A stretch of DNA of 63,423 bases, filler included, from Intoshia linei (GCA_001642005.1; 7 parts of 7 records of this genome joined end to end with filler, not necessarily neighbours in it); one strand, 5' to 3'. Numbered from the whole stretch's first letter, positions 23,258 to 38,749 are shown. Translations and numbers: made by a program. The notes: generated from the letters alone by a model not told the origin.

Positions 23258-25432
23258 CAGTGATGAGCAAACTCTAAAAAAATAGTGTCGCTGTTACGGG
23301 TAACCAAGTTTATTGGGTGTCTTTGAAAAGTAGAAATTTTTTATACTTTTACATTAATGAGATGGGTGGTGTTGCTTAAAATCTGAAGTTATTTTTTCAA
23401 TATCTGGCCGGTAGCTCGAGGTTTTTAGGCATATTTGGGCTTGGATCAACTCGACGCTCAACCGGTTACTGACTTTTGTATTGTTTAAAGCTATTATAGA
23501 AAAGGTCTGCTCGCAGTTGTACGTCGACCCAAAAAACGTCAAGAGTGACAAAGCCACTTTTTTTAGGCCTTTGAAGTTCTTTGGCATACTTTTCCAGCAC
23601 GTTAACACCACATTTTGTGGACTTTTGTACTCTTCTCTGTCGTAAATTTTTGCTTCGATTTTTTCAAGATGCCGGTTCATTTCTTCAAATTTGTTGACAA
23701 ACCACGTTGTTTTTTAGGTCGATGAGCTCGGAATCCAAATTTGAACTAATCCAATTAAAACACTTCTAATCATTCAAATTTTCTAATAAATGCGGGATGC
23801 ACACTACTTTAATTAGTTTGCTGATATCTGAGAAGTCTATGAATCGTTGGTTGAAAGTTTCAATTGTCGACGTTATGAAAGATTAAAACTCTTGTTGTAG
23901 CGTGTTATCGATGTGACAGGTATGTTGTTATAAAAAAGTGAACATGCTATAACCTGAGTTTTCAATCTTGCATTTGATAAAATTAAGTTTTTGAACGAAT
24001 CCTTTGACACTACCAAACATTCAATCATGATCCCGTGTCCCTGCAGATGTTTGTTTAGACCGTTGAAAAAAATCGCCATGTCAGTTATAAAATATAACCT
24101 CACTTTCCACGTAACGTCATTTATATGTATAAACTTATCTAACAAACCTTTTTGATATAGAAAAAGTTCAACTTCGTTAATGCACTCACAAAACCGTTCC
24201 AACATTCGTCCCCTAGATAGCCACCTGACCTCCGTGTACATTAATAGCCCTTCAACTTCCGCATTTAATTGAATCCGTAATTGCTTAAATTCTCTTTTAT
24301 GAAGAGCTCTTGCTGAAATGAAATTAATGATTTTGACAACGTTGCTTTGTAGTTTTGTGTAAGTTTCGAAATTTTGTTTGGCCCACAGGGCTTCTTGATG
24401 AATCAGACAGTGGAATAAAAAGATTGGGTGATGTACCTCTCTTTTGAGGAGTTGGATTAACCCATTCAGCCTGCAAATCATCGCCGGTGCGCCGTCTGTG
24501 GTGACAGAAATTAATTGGTTAATATCAATGTTTTTTTTAATAAAAGTTTTTTAATGGAATTTAAATAGTCTTGACTACGACAAGCGACGGTAGCGACGAC
24601 AAGTCAATCAGCTCTTCTTCCATTCTTGATGTATGGAATTTGACAATGATGGCTAGCCGTGCTTTTTCACATACATCCACAGTCTCATCAAGACACATAG
24701 AGAAAAACTGGCAATTTTTTAGGTCATCCGTTATCTGACGCGAGATGTCTCCATGCAAAGCTAGTATTCTTCTTTTGACAGTAAAACGAGTCATCGAAAG
24801 TTTCTCAACAGTTTCTTCCATCTCTGCATTATGAAAAAGAGTTTTTACTGCTTTTGATATAGACTGTTATATATAAATTCCGTCCGAATACGGCCTGAGG
24901 TGTTGGGCAATGTGAAGAGAAAGGTGCAGAGACGTTTCAGTGATACGTTTCCAACTTTTTTCTTCTTCTACTTGTAAATTAATGGTAGAGTTGAGTTCGT
25001 CAAAATAAATTTTGACTTGTCGATCAATTACCTTATCAGATTCTGTAATGTGGTGTGAATTTTGAAAGTGTCTTTTAATGACGTACGAGTCTCGTACTAG
25101 ATTTTGCATACAATCATTTATTATGCATAAAGCCTTGTCGTTTTGACTAACCACCCCGTATTTTTTGTCCATTCGTCGTTGAAGAACGTTCTTTTCCCCA
25201 TGAATTTTAATATTGAAAATAAAAAAACTGTTTTGAAAATTTGAAAAAGAAAAAACACAATTTTATGAGCAATAAAAATTTCAATTTTACAGTTGTGGTG
25301 GTTTTAAATTTAATTCAATAACTTTCCACAACTTGTAAAAATAAATTTGAAACAATAAATGAAAGTTCTTGGTAGGACAAAATTAGTGTGAAGTGTCTAG
25401 TCCCACTGAGTGGGACACTTTGCTCATCACTG
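23258..25432 (-). mobile_element. Near full-length hAT Buster/SPIN-like DNA transposon (2175 bp) with frameshifted transposase
   Basis: Perfect TIR CAGTGATGAGCAAA; perfect TSD CTTTAGAC. ORF pieces 24867-25172 (BED-like), 24561-24821 (SMCLDET), SVTTDGAPAM junction, 23873-24481 (HCLIHQEAL, VRWLSRG), 23354-23680 (FGSTYNCEQTFS...HPSH). GTF2IRD2-like. Confidence 0.93.
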
Positions 25433-28400
25433 CTTTAGACTTAGTAGTTTAGTCAATTGTCAATTTCTTAACATATTGGTAAGTATTTTTAAAAACATTT
25501 TTATCGACCACTAAAAATAACCGTACAATTTATCAATTCGATAAATCGAATTGGTTTTCGCCTTTGCTTATCTTTTATTTATAAAATTATTTAATTAAAT
25601 TTTATCTATAAAATCATATTCTAAATAATATCCAATATTAAAATCATCCATATTTTTTTTAATTTTACGAAAAGTATTGATTATTTCACGAGCTTTGCTT
25701 TTTTGTAAACTAAGAAAGGCCCAACTGTTGTTATCATTTGATGAAACGATTATGAAAGCATAAGATTAAATTTTATCATATTTTAATTAATGAAATGACA
25801 TTATATGTGTAATATTTATATTCAACATATTAATAAAGATTGTTGATATAATTAAAACGACATTTTGTCGATTTTATCAATGTTATAATTTTTCTTCGTA
25901 ATTGTAGCAACGTAATTAACATTATTTTATTGTTAGGCTGCATTGTATTGTTTTATCCCCCTGCTCAATAATTATTGTATTATTATAGTATCACATCGTG
26001 ATAAGATGTTATAAAATGTATAATATAATATTAGCCTACATACATTTAATTCACGTTTATATTGTAATACAAAAATGTTGTAATATAACATTTCATCAAT
26101 GTCAAATTAGTTTTTTATAAACTCAGTACGTTAACGAACCGAACCTCTTATACTAGATACACCTAAAATAAAAAATACCCATTTAAAAATCGTCGCAGAT
26201 GATGCAATACAGTCATTACGATACATATTATTAAAACTCACAACGAGGAAATTTTCAAACCCAGAAAGATATTGAAAGATGATGGAAGGAAGATTTTTAC
26301 ATTCATTATTTAAAGATCGCTAAAAGTAATGAACTGTTTCGTAGCGATTTTGCAATTGATGTAAACCAGTCTTAAACAGGTATTGAGACTAGGTGGTTGA
26401 ATTTTTTATATATTAACCTAATTAGAAAAATTTATTATTTGTAAAAAAACCTAGAATTTGTAAAAATTTTTTAAACAATTCGTAGAAACTTAAGTTTTTA
26501 ATTTTTAAGTAACTATAAATGTCTCAACAATTTTGCAAAACAATCAAAAAAATAATAAACTGGATTGATGGCGACTAATTGTTTTCAAATTCTTTTTATT
26601 ATCACTAATGATCGTGTCAAATAAAATTATAAACAGTATTAAAAAAAACTATATTGCTTGAAAAATATTCGTACTTTATCAAATGAATTTAAAATTACTA
26701 CACGTTGGTATTTGTTGGTTTTATTTTATATTTATATAAAATTGAATGTCTATGTGTGTGTCTGTTTGTTTGTTACTACTTATTTAAAAAAAGTCAGTCG
26801 TAGAATTGAAATAACCATATTTCTAATGCGGTTTTCCCAGGACGTGTTTATATCTATTTTTCAGTTGCAGAATTGAGTCCTTCATGATCAAAAACACAAT
26901 TTACTTTTTTTTTTAAAAATACAATTAACTCATAAATTTAATAAAACATACATTCTGTGATGCAATTTAAAATGATTAACATTGTCGTAAATCTCAGCCT
27001 TAGAAACGCACAATTTCATAATAAAATCACAAATAACATATATTTAAAAAATGAAACGTACTAAAATTTTATAAAACATAAATTCTGGGATATTCTTTAA
27101 TGTAAATATAATCAGCGCAAATAGTGACAACCTAACAGTTGCGCCACCACACTTCAATAAATACAATTTTCCGCGCAATTAATGATAGTGGCCTAAAATA
27201 TCGAGGTTCAATACAAAATAATCAATATAACATGAACTTATCTGAGATCCTCACTGCAAATCGTTATAGTAAATGCTCAAAAAAACAAATTTAACATCAA
27301 CTTGAATATAACTTAATTCTTAATAAATTTTAAGCCAAAAATTTTTATTCGTCACCATAGATAAGTAGTTTTTGCTTTACATTTAACACTAAATAAACTA
27401 AAATTAATGCTACGTATTTTTTTTGTCACTTTACATAATTGAATTTAAATTTCTTTATATTAGACACTTTAAAAACAAAAGATATCAAGTTTACGACCTG
27501 TACAAAGAGAATCAATGACATCATTCGAATATTCACAATATCTTATACACGAAAGGTTCTCAACGGTGGGTGAATCGCCCCTTGGGGAAATTTTTTCATT
27601 TTATTTTACAAAATTAATAATCTAAAAATTTTTTTTTATTAATGACAAATAATCTCTAAAGCGTTCATAAATTATAAATTTTTCAAATAGTTAATAAATT
27701 TGGTGACTTGAATTAAGTAGATAATATTTGATATTTTTGTGTTCACCTTAATATTTAATACAGGAATGGGCACACTTTCATATGCAACGGATCACACTGC
27801 ACATTTAATTTTTTCGCGGGCCGCACTAAAAAAATTGTTCAATGTCATTTCGTTTTTTTCACCTCCTTTTTTAATCAATATTACAGACCCTTATACCTAT
27901 TTTAACTAGTTTAAGAATATTTTAAGGTTAATAGTCAATGTATTTACTCTTTAAATGTATTTGAATGCAGTAAATTCTCATATTCGGCATAATTTATAAA
28001 AAAAATTAAGATATTATTGTTCATTAACATAATTCACTCACACTTATGAGTGATTTTGCATTTTGAGAGTTGAATAAGATCTGGTTTAATGCTACTTGTT
28101 GCATTAATTAGATTTAAATTATTCGAAATTTTTAATTTTACCCGCGGGCCACACTTTGCCCATTAGGTAAAGTGGCCAGAAAAATACGTACTATCACTTT
28201 TAGTTTATTTGGAATTAAATTTTAAGCCGAAAATTTTTATTCGTCATCATGGATAGGTAGTTTTTGCTTTACATTTATCACTAAATAAATAAACTAAAAG
28301 TAATAATATGTATTTTTCTGGCCACTTTAACTCTGAACCCGTTTATAATTGATGAATTCTTTACTTTTTTGATTTTGAATCTATTTGATAATTAAATGAT

Positions 28401-31400
28401 TTTAATTTATAATATATATAAATCTAAAAATAGATATGAAATGAAATGACACGTCGCTTAGAAAATGGATAGTAAATTTGATGTGAATATGAAATTGAAA
28501 CTAATGATTGAAGGTACAAAAATAGTTTTAATGGATTCACTAGCAATGATTTGCATACCAATTTTATGCCTATAAAACAATGTCTGAAAAAGTAAACGTA
28601 CTTATACTAGCTATCCCGTCGGTACAGATGAATGATAACCATGAAAAATATTTCGTCGTACCAAGTGCTAGACAAAACAATAGTGACTGTCGCGTAAAGT
28701 GTTACATTGTAATTAACCACGCCCAATTTATCACCTCAAACAAAGTCTATTTTTGTCCGTCACATAAATTTAACTGGGAATTTTGACATACCAATGTATA
28801 GAATAATTGTAAAGTACATTATCTTTGTGAAATGATTACAATAGTTGGCAAGTTGCAAATGTTTATTCATAATTAATTTGCTGATAATACGAATAAATCA
28901 ACTGATATAAAATGCACAAAATTGTTAAATTTTGAAAAGTATTGGATAAAATATAAATTGTAAATATTTACAGTGTACTAAATTACATTAATTGCATCCT
29001 TACACACATCATTGAAAAACCAATATATATTAATGGACTCTATTGAAATAATCGGAAACTAGCCACTGTATCGTAATTTGGCTCATTTACTACATTCCAT
29101 ATAATCAATACGACTCACCATACTGCTGTCGGCGATTTATACACAACCTGTCAATGCATCAGGCAATTTGATAACGATGTTACTGAAAAATTGTGCAACG
29201 TTTATACAATTTTCAAATTAACATTATATTTAAAATAAACTTGCCTTTCCTCATTCCAATCTATTAATTTGTAAATTTTTATCAATTAGTGGAGAATTAT
29301 CCATTCATGTCCAATACTAAAACCACCAACCTTGGAAAAGGTATTTTTATTGTTATAGTACTTTTTAATAAGTCATTTATGTTTTATTATATACAATTTG
29401 TTTTAAAATAGCAATTATTAACAATTTAGGATTTATGATTAGACGTTTTCATGTGTCATTTAAATGTTTAAAACAAGTAGTGCTAAAATTTAACTGGAAT
29501 TTAAATTAATTAAATATCATTGTGTTTCAAGGGTACTCGAGTTGGTATCATAATATTTTATTGACAGTTAAGAAATAAGTGTCTAAGGGTTTCAGGGTTT
29601 GAGTAATTAAGAATATTAAATATTTCCTTTAATTAATTTATGAATTATCACTACCAATTTAGTTTAACATTTATTCATTACAAATAATATCCATTGTTTT
29701 AATCTATACAAGTAACAAAATGACGGAAGTCTATTTGAATTATTTCAGTCTTGCATTGTGTCCGTACATAATAGTGTCAATTTTATTTGATTGAAGATAA
29801 TTGATAATACATTGATTAAATCCTATAAATATTCCCATTGACGGTTGTTAAGAATAGATAAATATAACGTATCGCCTCCATTGTGCTCTAGGAATTTTAT
29901 ATATATCTATAGGCTACTGATAAACTGCTCAGATTGTAATGATATAAATTGCCTTTTGTACGTTAATTAGAATTAATTGAATAAGAATTCTAATTTAATT
30001 ACAATTCTTTTGTTTAGATCGTGCGCCATATTTATAACGTGATAATAACACATAAATTAAATCTCATGACGCCATTTAATGCCAAATGGTATACTCATTT
30101 TCCATATTGTAACGTTTATGACACATCTCATGCCGGTATTCGTCTTTGTTTGTCTAAAATTTAGACTCTAAATTTAATACATTATTTAAATTTAATGAAT
30201 ACATTCATGATATACATTTAAATGTGTCATTAATATATTCTTTCAGACAGTGCTAAGTTTATAATGTTGAGATTGAACTGAGCCACTAAACCTAAAGTTT
30301 AACTTGATACAATTAAAATGTATGCAATCAACCTAGCGGTTTGCAAATAAATATTCGCGGACCAGAAATAATTTTACCGGCACATGGAAGATTTTTTTGA
30401 ATATAATCCAAACAAAAATACAATAAGTATTATAATCATTTAATTCAAATTAACTTATTTTTTTAATTTGGTCTAGTAATTTCAGTTTAGTGACCGCGAG
30501 AAATTTTATAGTAAATTACAGGTCCGCAATGAAGAAAATGGCAACCCCTGAATTAACCCATACAATTTTTTACTAAACCTTTCAATTACAGAATACAACA
30601 TAATATTCAATTTGGCAAATTTAAACTTAAAATTAAAATATATTTTTAAACTTATTTGGACTTATTTAGTGACAAATGTAATATTCACATAAAGTGACAA
30701 ACTGAATAAAATGCATTTTTATAAAAATTAATTACAATTTGAATAATCGCTGCTAAATTAAAGTAACCAGATTTAATAGGTACTATCAATTTTAGTTTAT
30801 TTGGAATAAATCTTAAGCCAAAAATGTTTATTTGTCATCATAGATAAGTAGTTTTGGCTTTAAATTTAATACCAAATAAACTAAAATTGATAGTATTTAT
30901 TAAATCTGGACGTTTTAGCTAAATTGAAGTTTAGAATTACAATAATAAAGTTAAAATTCTGTAATTAATATACCAATTAGAATCAAAATTAATTTGGTTC
31001 AGTATAAATTGAATTGTTGAAATCAATAGACACAATCAAATGATTTAACAGGTTTCAACATAAAGTTAATCATTTAAGTCAATAATTATTTTTACTATTA
31101 ATTATTAATTAACCATCGCGATGGTTTAAAAAAGCTTGAGAATCACTAATCTAAATGATCATTTCAATTCAAATAGGGAATGAGAAAAATTTTATATACG
31201 CACCTATTTAACAGTAAATTATGTATTATTAAATTCTCCACCTCGCAACTTTTTCTAAATGACAACAATGGCGAGTTATAGATAGACCGTTATACCTACT
31301 TGTATATGCATATTTTTAAAATTCACAATTTGGAAAAATAAAGCCCCATTTTACTAAAATTTGTTCGAGAACTCGCACAAGAGGGGTTATTAGTACGGTG

Positions 31401-34119
31401 TGTTTGGCACTGCATATGTTTAATGTAATATATACGGAAATTATAATATACATTTAAAAATGAGTTTATTCTTAAAATAAATTAACCAGGTTGAGAACCT
31501 CTGATTTACGTGTTAGTTAAGATGCCTAAAAAAGGATGCAATTATTTATTTTATTAGACCAGTTCTATATTTATTTATTAAAATATTACTTATTTTAATT
31601 GGCGTAATATTCATATTATGATACTTGATAATCATGATAAAACGAAATTTTTGACTTTTTGAACTTATACTTGCCTTCGGACTATATTTTTTGACCCTTA
31701 CTTGTCATGTGTTTGGATTGCATTAAATAATTGTACCTACATAATTATTTTAATACTTGAATTTTAAAAAATGTATTATAAATACTTTAGATTCTAAAGT
31801 TTAGTATCTTGTCGAATTATAATTTTTTCAAATAAATCAGAAATTAAGTTAGCACATGTTAGTGGTCGAATAGAGATAAAATATTGGAAACGCTGATCTG
31901 TCCGTTAATTTGTATTATATTACGACTATAAATATTATTATTTATGGACAGCTATGACCAGTCTACTCTTCAAGGTAGCAATGTATTAACAATTATAATT
32001 ACAGATGGTGCACAACCGATTAAAGTTTAAATTTTCCAATTACTGATTCGTTCATTCTCATTTTATTTTTTTAAAATTTATTCATATTTTTATAGATTAT
32101 CAGAATCCCACAAAGTGATCAGTGATCACGTTGTAATATAATACTAATGATGAATTTTATTATTATTATTATTTATTTATACGATATTATTCAATGCTAT
32201 AAGTCAGGTTGTAATACTTTAGAAGTAACTGGTTTTCATTAAAAAATTTTTTCAATTAGATTCTTTTTAGTATTCTTGGATAGTTCTAATGGAATATATC
32301 CTATAATAACGCTTTTAACTTGCTAAAACGCATCACTACTTTGAAAATAAAAGAAATTCAATGTGAAAAAAGTTTTTATTCAAATTTTCTTTTTAAACGG
32401 GTACAGTTCATTTTTCACATTCAAATTTTTTTTCCCACACTTTCAATTTAAAAAAAATCAGTTTCAGATTTTTCAGTGTTCATTAAAATTAATAATTTGA
32501 TTATAAAATCAAGATTGACTCAACGACTGATATAAATGTGTTATTAAAAGTACTTAAACTAAATGTGACAACACCATTTAAATTTAAATTGATTTGTATG
32601 TGTTTATTTAAATATAAAAAAGTTCATCATATTAACCTAACATCATACCAGCCTTGTTAACATGTGTGAAAGTTGATTATGGTGTTACTAAACGATAATT
32701 ATTAAAATTATTGAATCAATCACTTGATTTGACCATTCATTTATACATTATAATATTAAAATATAACCGTTAAAATATAATTCCTAATGCAAAATTATTT
32801 TGTTTACATGACCCATTAATACACAATTGAAAAATTTTAAAATGACGCATATAATTATACATTTAATGAAATTGTAATAACCTTAACCAGTAACCGGTAA
32901 CTTTGATAAAACGCTGACCGTCTTATCATATGTTGCGTATGAAACAGGACGTGATAATATTATCGTAGATGATATGGATATAAACAGACACTAGGGTCTT
33001 AAATACAATATTATGTCGTATTATAAATTCCCGTTATAAACAAAATGAATCAGTTTAACTTGACATGATTTGAAACGAAATTTTGTTGGTTATTATTATT
33101 ATTTTGTTGTATTATTAGTTTATTGATTACATGTAAAAAATAATATATTAAAATTTACGCAAACTTTGTATAATAATTCCTGAGCTCAGGGGATTCGTGT
33201 CAACTTTTTGGGAAGGTGTAATAGTGATATAATGAAATGTTTGAATTGTGATAAACGTACTCACTTAATTTCAAGATATAAGATATAACTAATGTAAGAA
33301 TAGTTAAAAGTGTTGCAAATTATTTTTTCAATGAGATTGCCAAAAAAATGTTCATAAATTGTGCATGTGGAGACGATGTATAATATTTTACCAACTCTTG
33401 CCTATTATCGTTTGCTGCTTTTTTAGAAACTTCTTACATTTTGCCGGGTGTTTTTCATAAATAATTGTAATTTATCAAAAGATGATACATGTCTAATAAT
33501 TTTAATTTTACATGATTACTATAATGTTATATTGTTTAATTGATTAAGTAACATCAGCATTTATTCAATTGACCAATTTTGACACATTAACTGTTATAAT
33601 TGATTTATGATACATTAATAATTTCAAAGTACACTGGAGGCTCCACTATTCGCCGATTCCTTGATTCTTTCAAAAAAAACTTTATTTTTTATGATTTTCA
33701 CATTAAACTTTATTGGCCGAAAATTTTTAGTAATAAAAGGGTAATGTTACTGCTTAAAATGCAAAAATTTTACAAAATTTATCAAAAAAAAAAATGGGAT
33801 TTCCTCAACTAGAGAATTGACAACATGGAAAAGCCATATTTTATAAATGCAAGTTTTCAGTATTAATCAATATTCAAATTTAAATCTATTGTTATATTCT
33901 AAAATTGATATTCGTTAGTTAGGAACTACTATCCATTCAACAAAAATGTTGAATTCCCGATTTTAGCCAATAAAAGAGACTTCAAATTTTGATTCATTTC
34001 TAAAATTGATGTAGAGTGGTTTTCAACCTTTCTCACACAACCCTTGATTAAAAAAATTCTTTTGTGTTTCACACGTTACAATTCACATGGTGCATTGTAC
34101 AATGTACATATATTTAGAT

Positions 34120-35042
34120 CAGTGATTCCCAACGTGTGGAGTGCGCCCCACCGGTGGGGCTTAGAAAATTTTAGTGGAGCTTGTGAATATTTGGTTGGGC
34201 TTTAAAAATTTTGAAAAACAAAATAATTGATTAGTTATTAATGATTTCTATTGTTACAAATTCAAAGCGGATTCAAGGGGGCAAAAGGTGCAGTTGCATC
34301 CCCTAAATGTTTAATTAATGTTTTGTAAAATAACTGAAAAATTAATTTTCCTTTTTTTTTGTGCTGATTATTTTTTTTATTTTTGCGAAAAAATACATAT
34401 TTGGTAACTATTGTATAACAATTTTTAAATTAAATTAAAATATACGCTTTAAAATCAAACTAGACGCCTTGATATTAAAAGAGACGCCCATAAAAAAAAT
34501 TTATATTCCGCCTAAATATATTTCTCACTTCTCTCGCACCTTATTAACTAGCCTCTTGGATCCGGCCTGATATTCGTTGATAAGCTCAATTTTTATTAAA
34601 ATTTGCATATATTTTTAGAGGTATTTTTACAAGCGTTTTTGATTACAATAATGATCAATGATCATTGACCACATCACATTTATATCAGGAATTTATCACA
34701 TTTTACTTTAAACTTATAACTTATAACTACCATTGAAACATAGTGGTAAACTTTACCGGATCAAGTTACAGCAATGATAATTTTTGAACAAGATAAACTA
34801 AACTTTGGTAAATTTGCATATTTTTGATGAACTAAAAATGACAAATGAATTCAGTTTATTGTATATTATATTTAGGTATATTAAATTTTAATTTTACCCT
34901 AGTTTGTTGCGCAGTAATATGTAAACATGAAAAAATCTGTTAGGACACCATATGGAAATATTTGTTATAGTTTATGGTGAGGCGTAGAAATTTCGTAATG
35001 ATAAAAGTGGGGCATGACACTTCAAAAGGTTGAGAAACACTG
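34120..35042. mobile_element. hAT/Buster MITE with a nested ~307-bp MITE (34263-34569)
   Basis: CAGTGATTCCCAAC...GTTGAGAAACACTG; perfect TSD ATTTAGAT. Inner element CAAAGCGGATTCAAG...CTTGGATCCGGCCTG. Confidence 0.85.
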
Positions 35043-36639
35043 ATTTAGATGGAATTGAATTCCATTTAAATTTTGTATCTATTAATTGAATAGACATTAC
35101 ATTATAATAATCATTAACGGATCAATTTGTATTATATTGCGACATTATGAATATAAATATATGTAAATCTTTTCACTATGATGCCATTGTCCCATGATTT
35201 TGATTTTCTACTATTTTAAGTCATATAATATTCAGTGTAAACTCAATTTTTTGACTAGTTAATCTATTACATTATGATATTCCTCTAATAATTTATGAGT
35301 TTAACTGGACGCGAAAAGAGAATACATTAAATCATCTCGTTAATGTGAACGTATTATGTATTTTTATTTTTGCTGCTAAATATTATGAATTTGTTTCCAA
35401 TGAGGTTTATGAAATTAGAATCTACGAAAACATTAGTGATGAAAAAATTTGAAATATTTAAAAAATGTATTTAAAAAAATTGACGAATTGGTGACAGCAG
35501 TCAAAGTAAAGACTTTATAATTTTTTAACTAAATAAAACTTTCAATAACTCATTTTCGACACATTAGAAATGTTGAAATTTTTTACAAGAAATTTGTAAA
35601 AAATGACTCATCTATAATCATATCAAAAAGATGTAGTGTAGTATCATCCACATTGCTTTATTTAATAACATTATGATTGTTTATATTGTTTTTTGACTTT
35701 TTTATTATTTATGATAAATTCATTTTTAACTGGAATTTGGAATTATTTAAAACGGGTTATAGTTGTCAAATATAATTGCAATCAACCTGGTATATCAAAA
35801 TTTAGTTTCTGTTGATTGATCTATTTATTTGTTGAGATTATAAGATTTTTATTTTTTTTAGTCCAAATTATTATCAAAATTTAACCAATCAAATCCGAAC
35901 CTTTCGTACACTAGATATCTATTTTGGGACCTAGGAAAATATTATTAAATGGGAATTTATTTTGTAAAATCAAATTCAATTTAAAAAAATATATTTTTGA
36001 CTATTTTAATTATTTTATGTGTCAATTTTTAACTGTTTAATCGTGAAGGTTTGAGAAGCGGTTAGGGGTTATATGGCATTACGCATAGGTTAATAATTTT
36101 AATTTTATAAATTATTTTTATATATTTTTATAAATAAAGTAACACGCACAGTTATTTAATTTTATATAAGTAAAGAATTATTTCATTACAATTAAAAATA
36201 TTTAATAATTAACGGTTCAAGAATTTTATAAAACAAATTTTAATATATTATCATCCATTTTTAATATTTTTGAATTAGAATGAAAAAAATCCGAGTCTAA
36301 TGTTATGTTTTAAATACAAAAATCTTGGTTTAATCTCTTGAAATTGATTTCTTGGGGTTTTTACATTAGTAAACAAATGACATTGTTTCATTTAAAAAAT
36401 TTACTCAAAACAACCGTTAGATATCTATGGACTATATTTTGAATTTATATTTATAATTCGTAGATCAGTTTTATTATCTCTTCCTCATAAAAATTGATCT
36501 TATTGCTTTAATTAGTAATTATTGACAAAACGATTGGGTTAATTTTACCTTATGTTTACAAATAAGCGTAAAATTTGTCAGAGTTGTTGTGTTGATATGA
36601 TATCCGAACAATAGTAATTTTATGCCAAAATTATAATAA

Positions 36640-37528
36640 ATGAACACGAGTTTTTCAGGTATCTAAATTAACGAAAATTATAGTAATAATATAATATTAT
36701 TTTTATTAATACAAATAATTTAATATGAAACCCTAAAATTATTTTTTAAAACTCATTACACTAATAATGAAAATATACATGTATCAAGAGACACTACGTT
36801 GAATTTGATGATGTAATAAACTTTAAAGCGCATAAAGTGTTAATTACTAGTGTCGTACAAGTCTCAAATTACATTTATAAAATCTTGAACTCTGAAATTT
36901 ATAAAAACTTTTTTAATGCTTATTTGATTTTGAGTACTAGAGATAATTGAAAATTTGATTTGGATTTGAAAATGTAGTCACTTTAATTTTTCTAAATTAT
37001 TTGATAAATATAAAACGCTTTTTGATTTATATAAATAGAGTGTAAAATGAAAGGTATAGCTATCTTTATGGTCTAGTTAACTTTTAAATTATCGTTTCTA
37101 TTAACGGCTAAATTGTAAATTTAGGACACGGAGGAGTTAATCAATTGGGTGGAAGTTTTATAAATGGCCGTCCATTGCCAGATAACGTTAGACATCGTAT
37201 AGTAGAATTGGCTCAACAAGGAGTGCGCCCTTGTGATATTTCCAGAAAATTACGGGTTTCTCATGGATGTGTATCGAAAATTTTGGGAAGGTTGATTTAA
37301 ACTAAAATGATGAATCTATATTCATTTTAGATATTATGAAACAGGATCTATTAGACCGGGTGTTATTGGTGGCTCAAAGCCTAAAGTTGCCACTCCCAAG
37401 GTAGTTGAAGCTATCACGTGTTATAAAGATTTAAATCCAACAATGTTTGCTTGGGAGATACGTGATAGGTTACTCGTTGAAGGGGTGTGCAATAATGAAA
37501 ATATACCCAGTGTCAGTTCAATTAATAG
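36640..37528 (+). CDS. Pax2/5/8: Pax2/5/8-class paired-box transcription factor (5' exons only)
   Basis: Exons 36640-36658 (MNTSFSG, inferred), 37125-37290 and 37331-37528 give [20 protein letters not shown]...[42 protein letters not shown]...[14 protein letters not shown]...PSVSSINR. Intron positions are as in Pax2/5/8. Downstream exons not found before the gap. Confidence 0.92.
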
Positions 37529-38749
37529 GTTATTATTAATTTCGATATTATCTATTTTTCATTTTGTTTGCTTGTGAACATTATTTAGTTTTTAACATGA
37601 GAGATTTTTGAAAATGTTACAATACAGAGGGATACAATTTTATTTTTTATAGTTAATAGTGGATACAGTATTAGATACATTTTGATACTTTTATACGTTA
37701 TTATTTTGTAAGTTTATGTTAATATTGTTAATGTAATTTGATTACATACATGCATATTTTAATTTTTCTTTAAATTTGTTTTTAAAATTCAATTTTATAA
37801 AATAAATGTATTAAGTTTGAATAAATTTTACAAATGTAAATAATATATGTATTAAATTAAAAATTGACAACAATACATGTATATGAAATGTTTCAATGTT
37901 TGATTTTTCAAAATTTGTATTTTTTTTGCATGAATAACTAACATTAATCAACTGAGTAATTAATCATCTATATTTATTATGCTATTTTTTATATTTTAAT
38001 TTTCTTTTATTGTAAATGCATGTTTTTATTTTTGAGCAATTGTGATTGTATCTTATTTTAATCTCAACAATATAAACTAATGGAGTACATTATTTTTAGT
38101 GATTAAGAAAATCTTTTAGTTTTGACGTGTGTTGATATTTATTTTGTTAAATATTTAGCTTATTTATGTATTTTTGTATTAATAATTTTATTTTTTTGAC
38201 TTTGTCAAAAGTGGACTATTCAACTTTTATGTCATGTAATAGAATGTTTTTAAAATTTTAAAATTTTTAAATTAAATGATCTTTAATCTTATCTTTATTC
38301 TATTTTATTAATCGTGTAAACTAAAAGTTGCCAAAATTTGAATCTGTCCGTTAGTAATGATTTAATTTTAGAATTATAATTATTATTATTTAACATATAT
38401 TTTATTTGTTGCTATGTTGTAAACGGCCAATATGTGAATTTAGAGATTGAAAGTTATGAGAGTATAAGAAATATTAATTGTTATTTTTTTTAAATTGTCG
38501 TATTTTTAGTTTTTTTCATTTTTCAAAATAGTAGGTAATTTNNNNNNNNNNNNNNNNNNNNNNNNNNNNNNNNNNNNNNNNNNNNTTAATTAATTAANNN
38601 NNNNNNNNNNNNNNNNNNNNNNNNNNNNNNNNNNNNNNNNNATATTGTCGTAAACTATTGTGCACACTCCCCAAAAAAAATTTAAAAATTTAGTCCACTC
38701 CTTGGAACGAATTTTTTAATTTTTTAGATTTGCTTAATAAATTGACACA

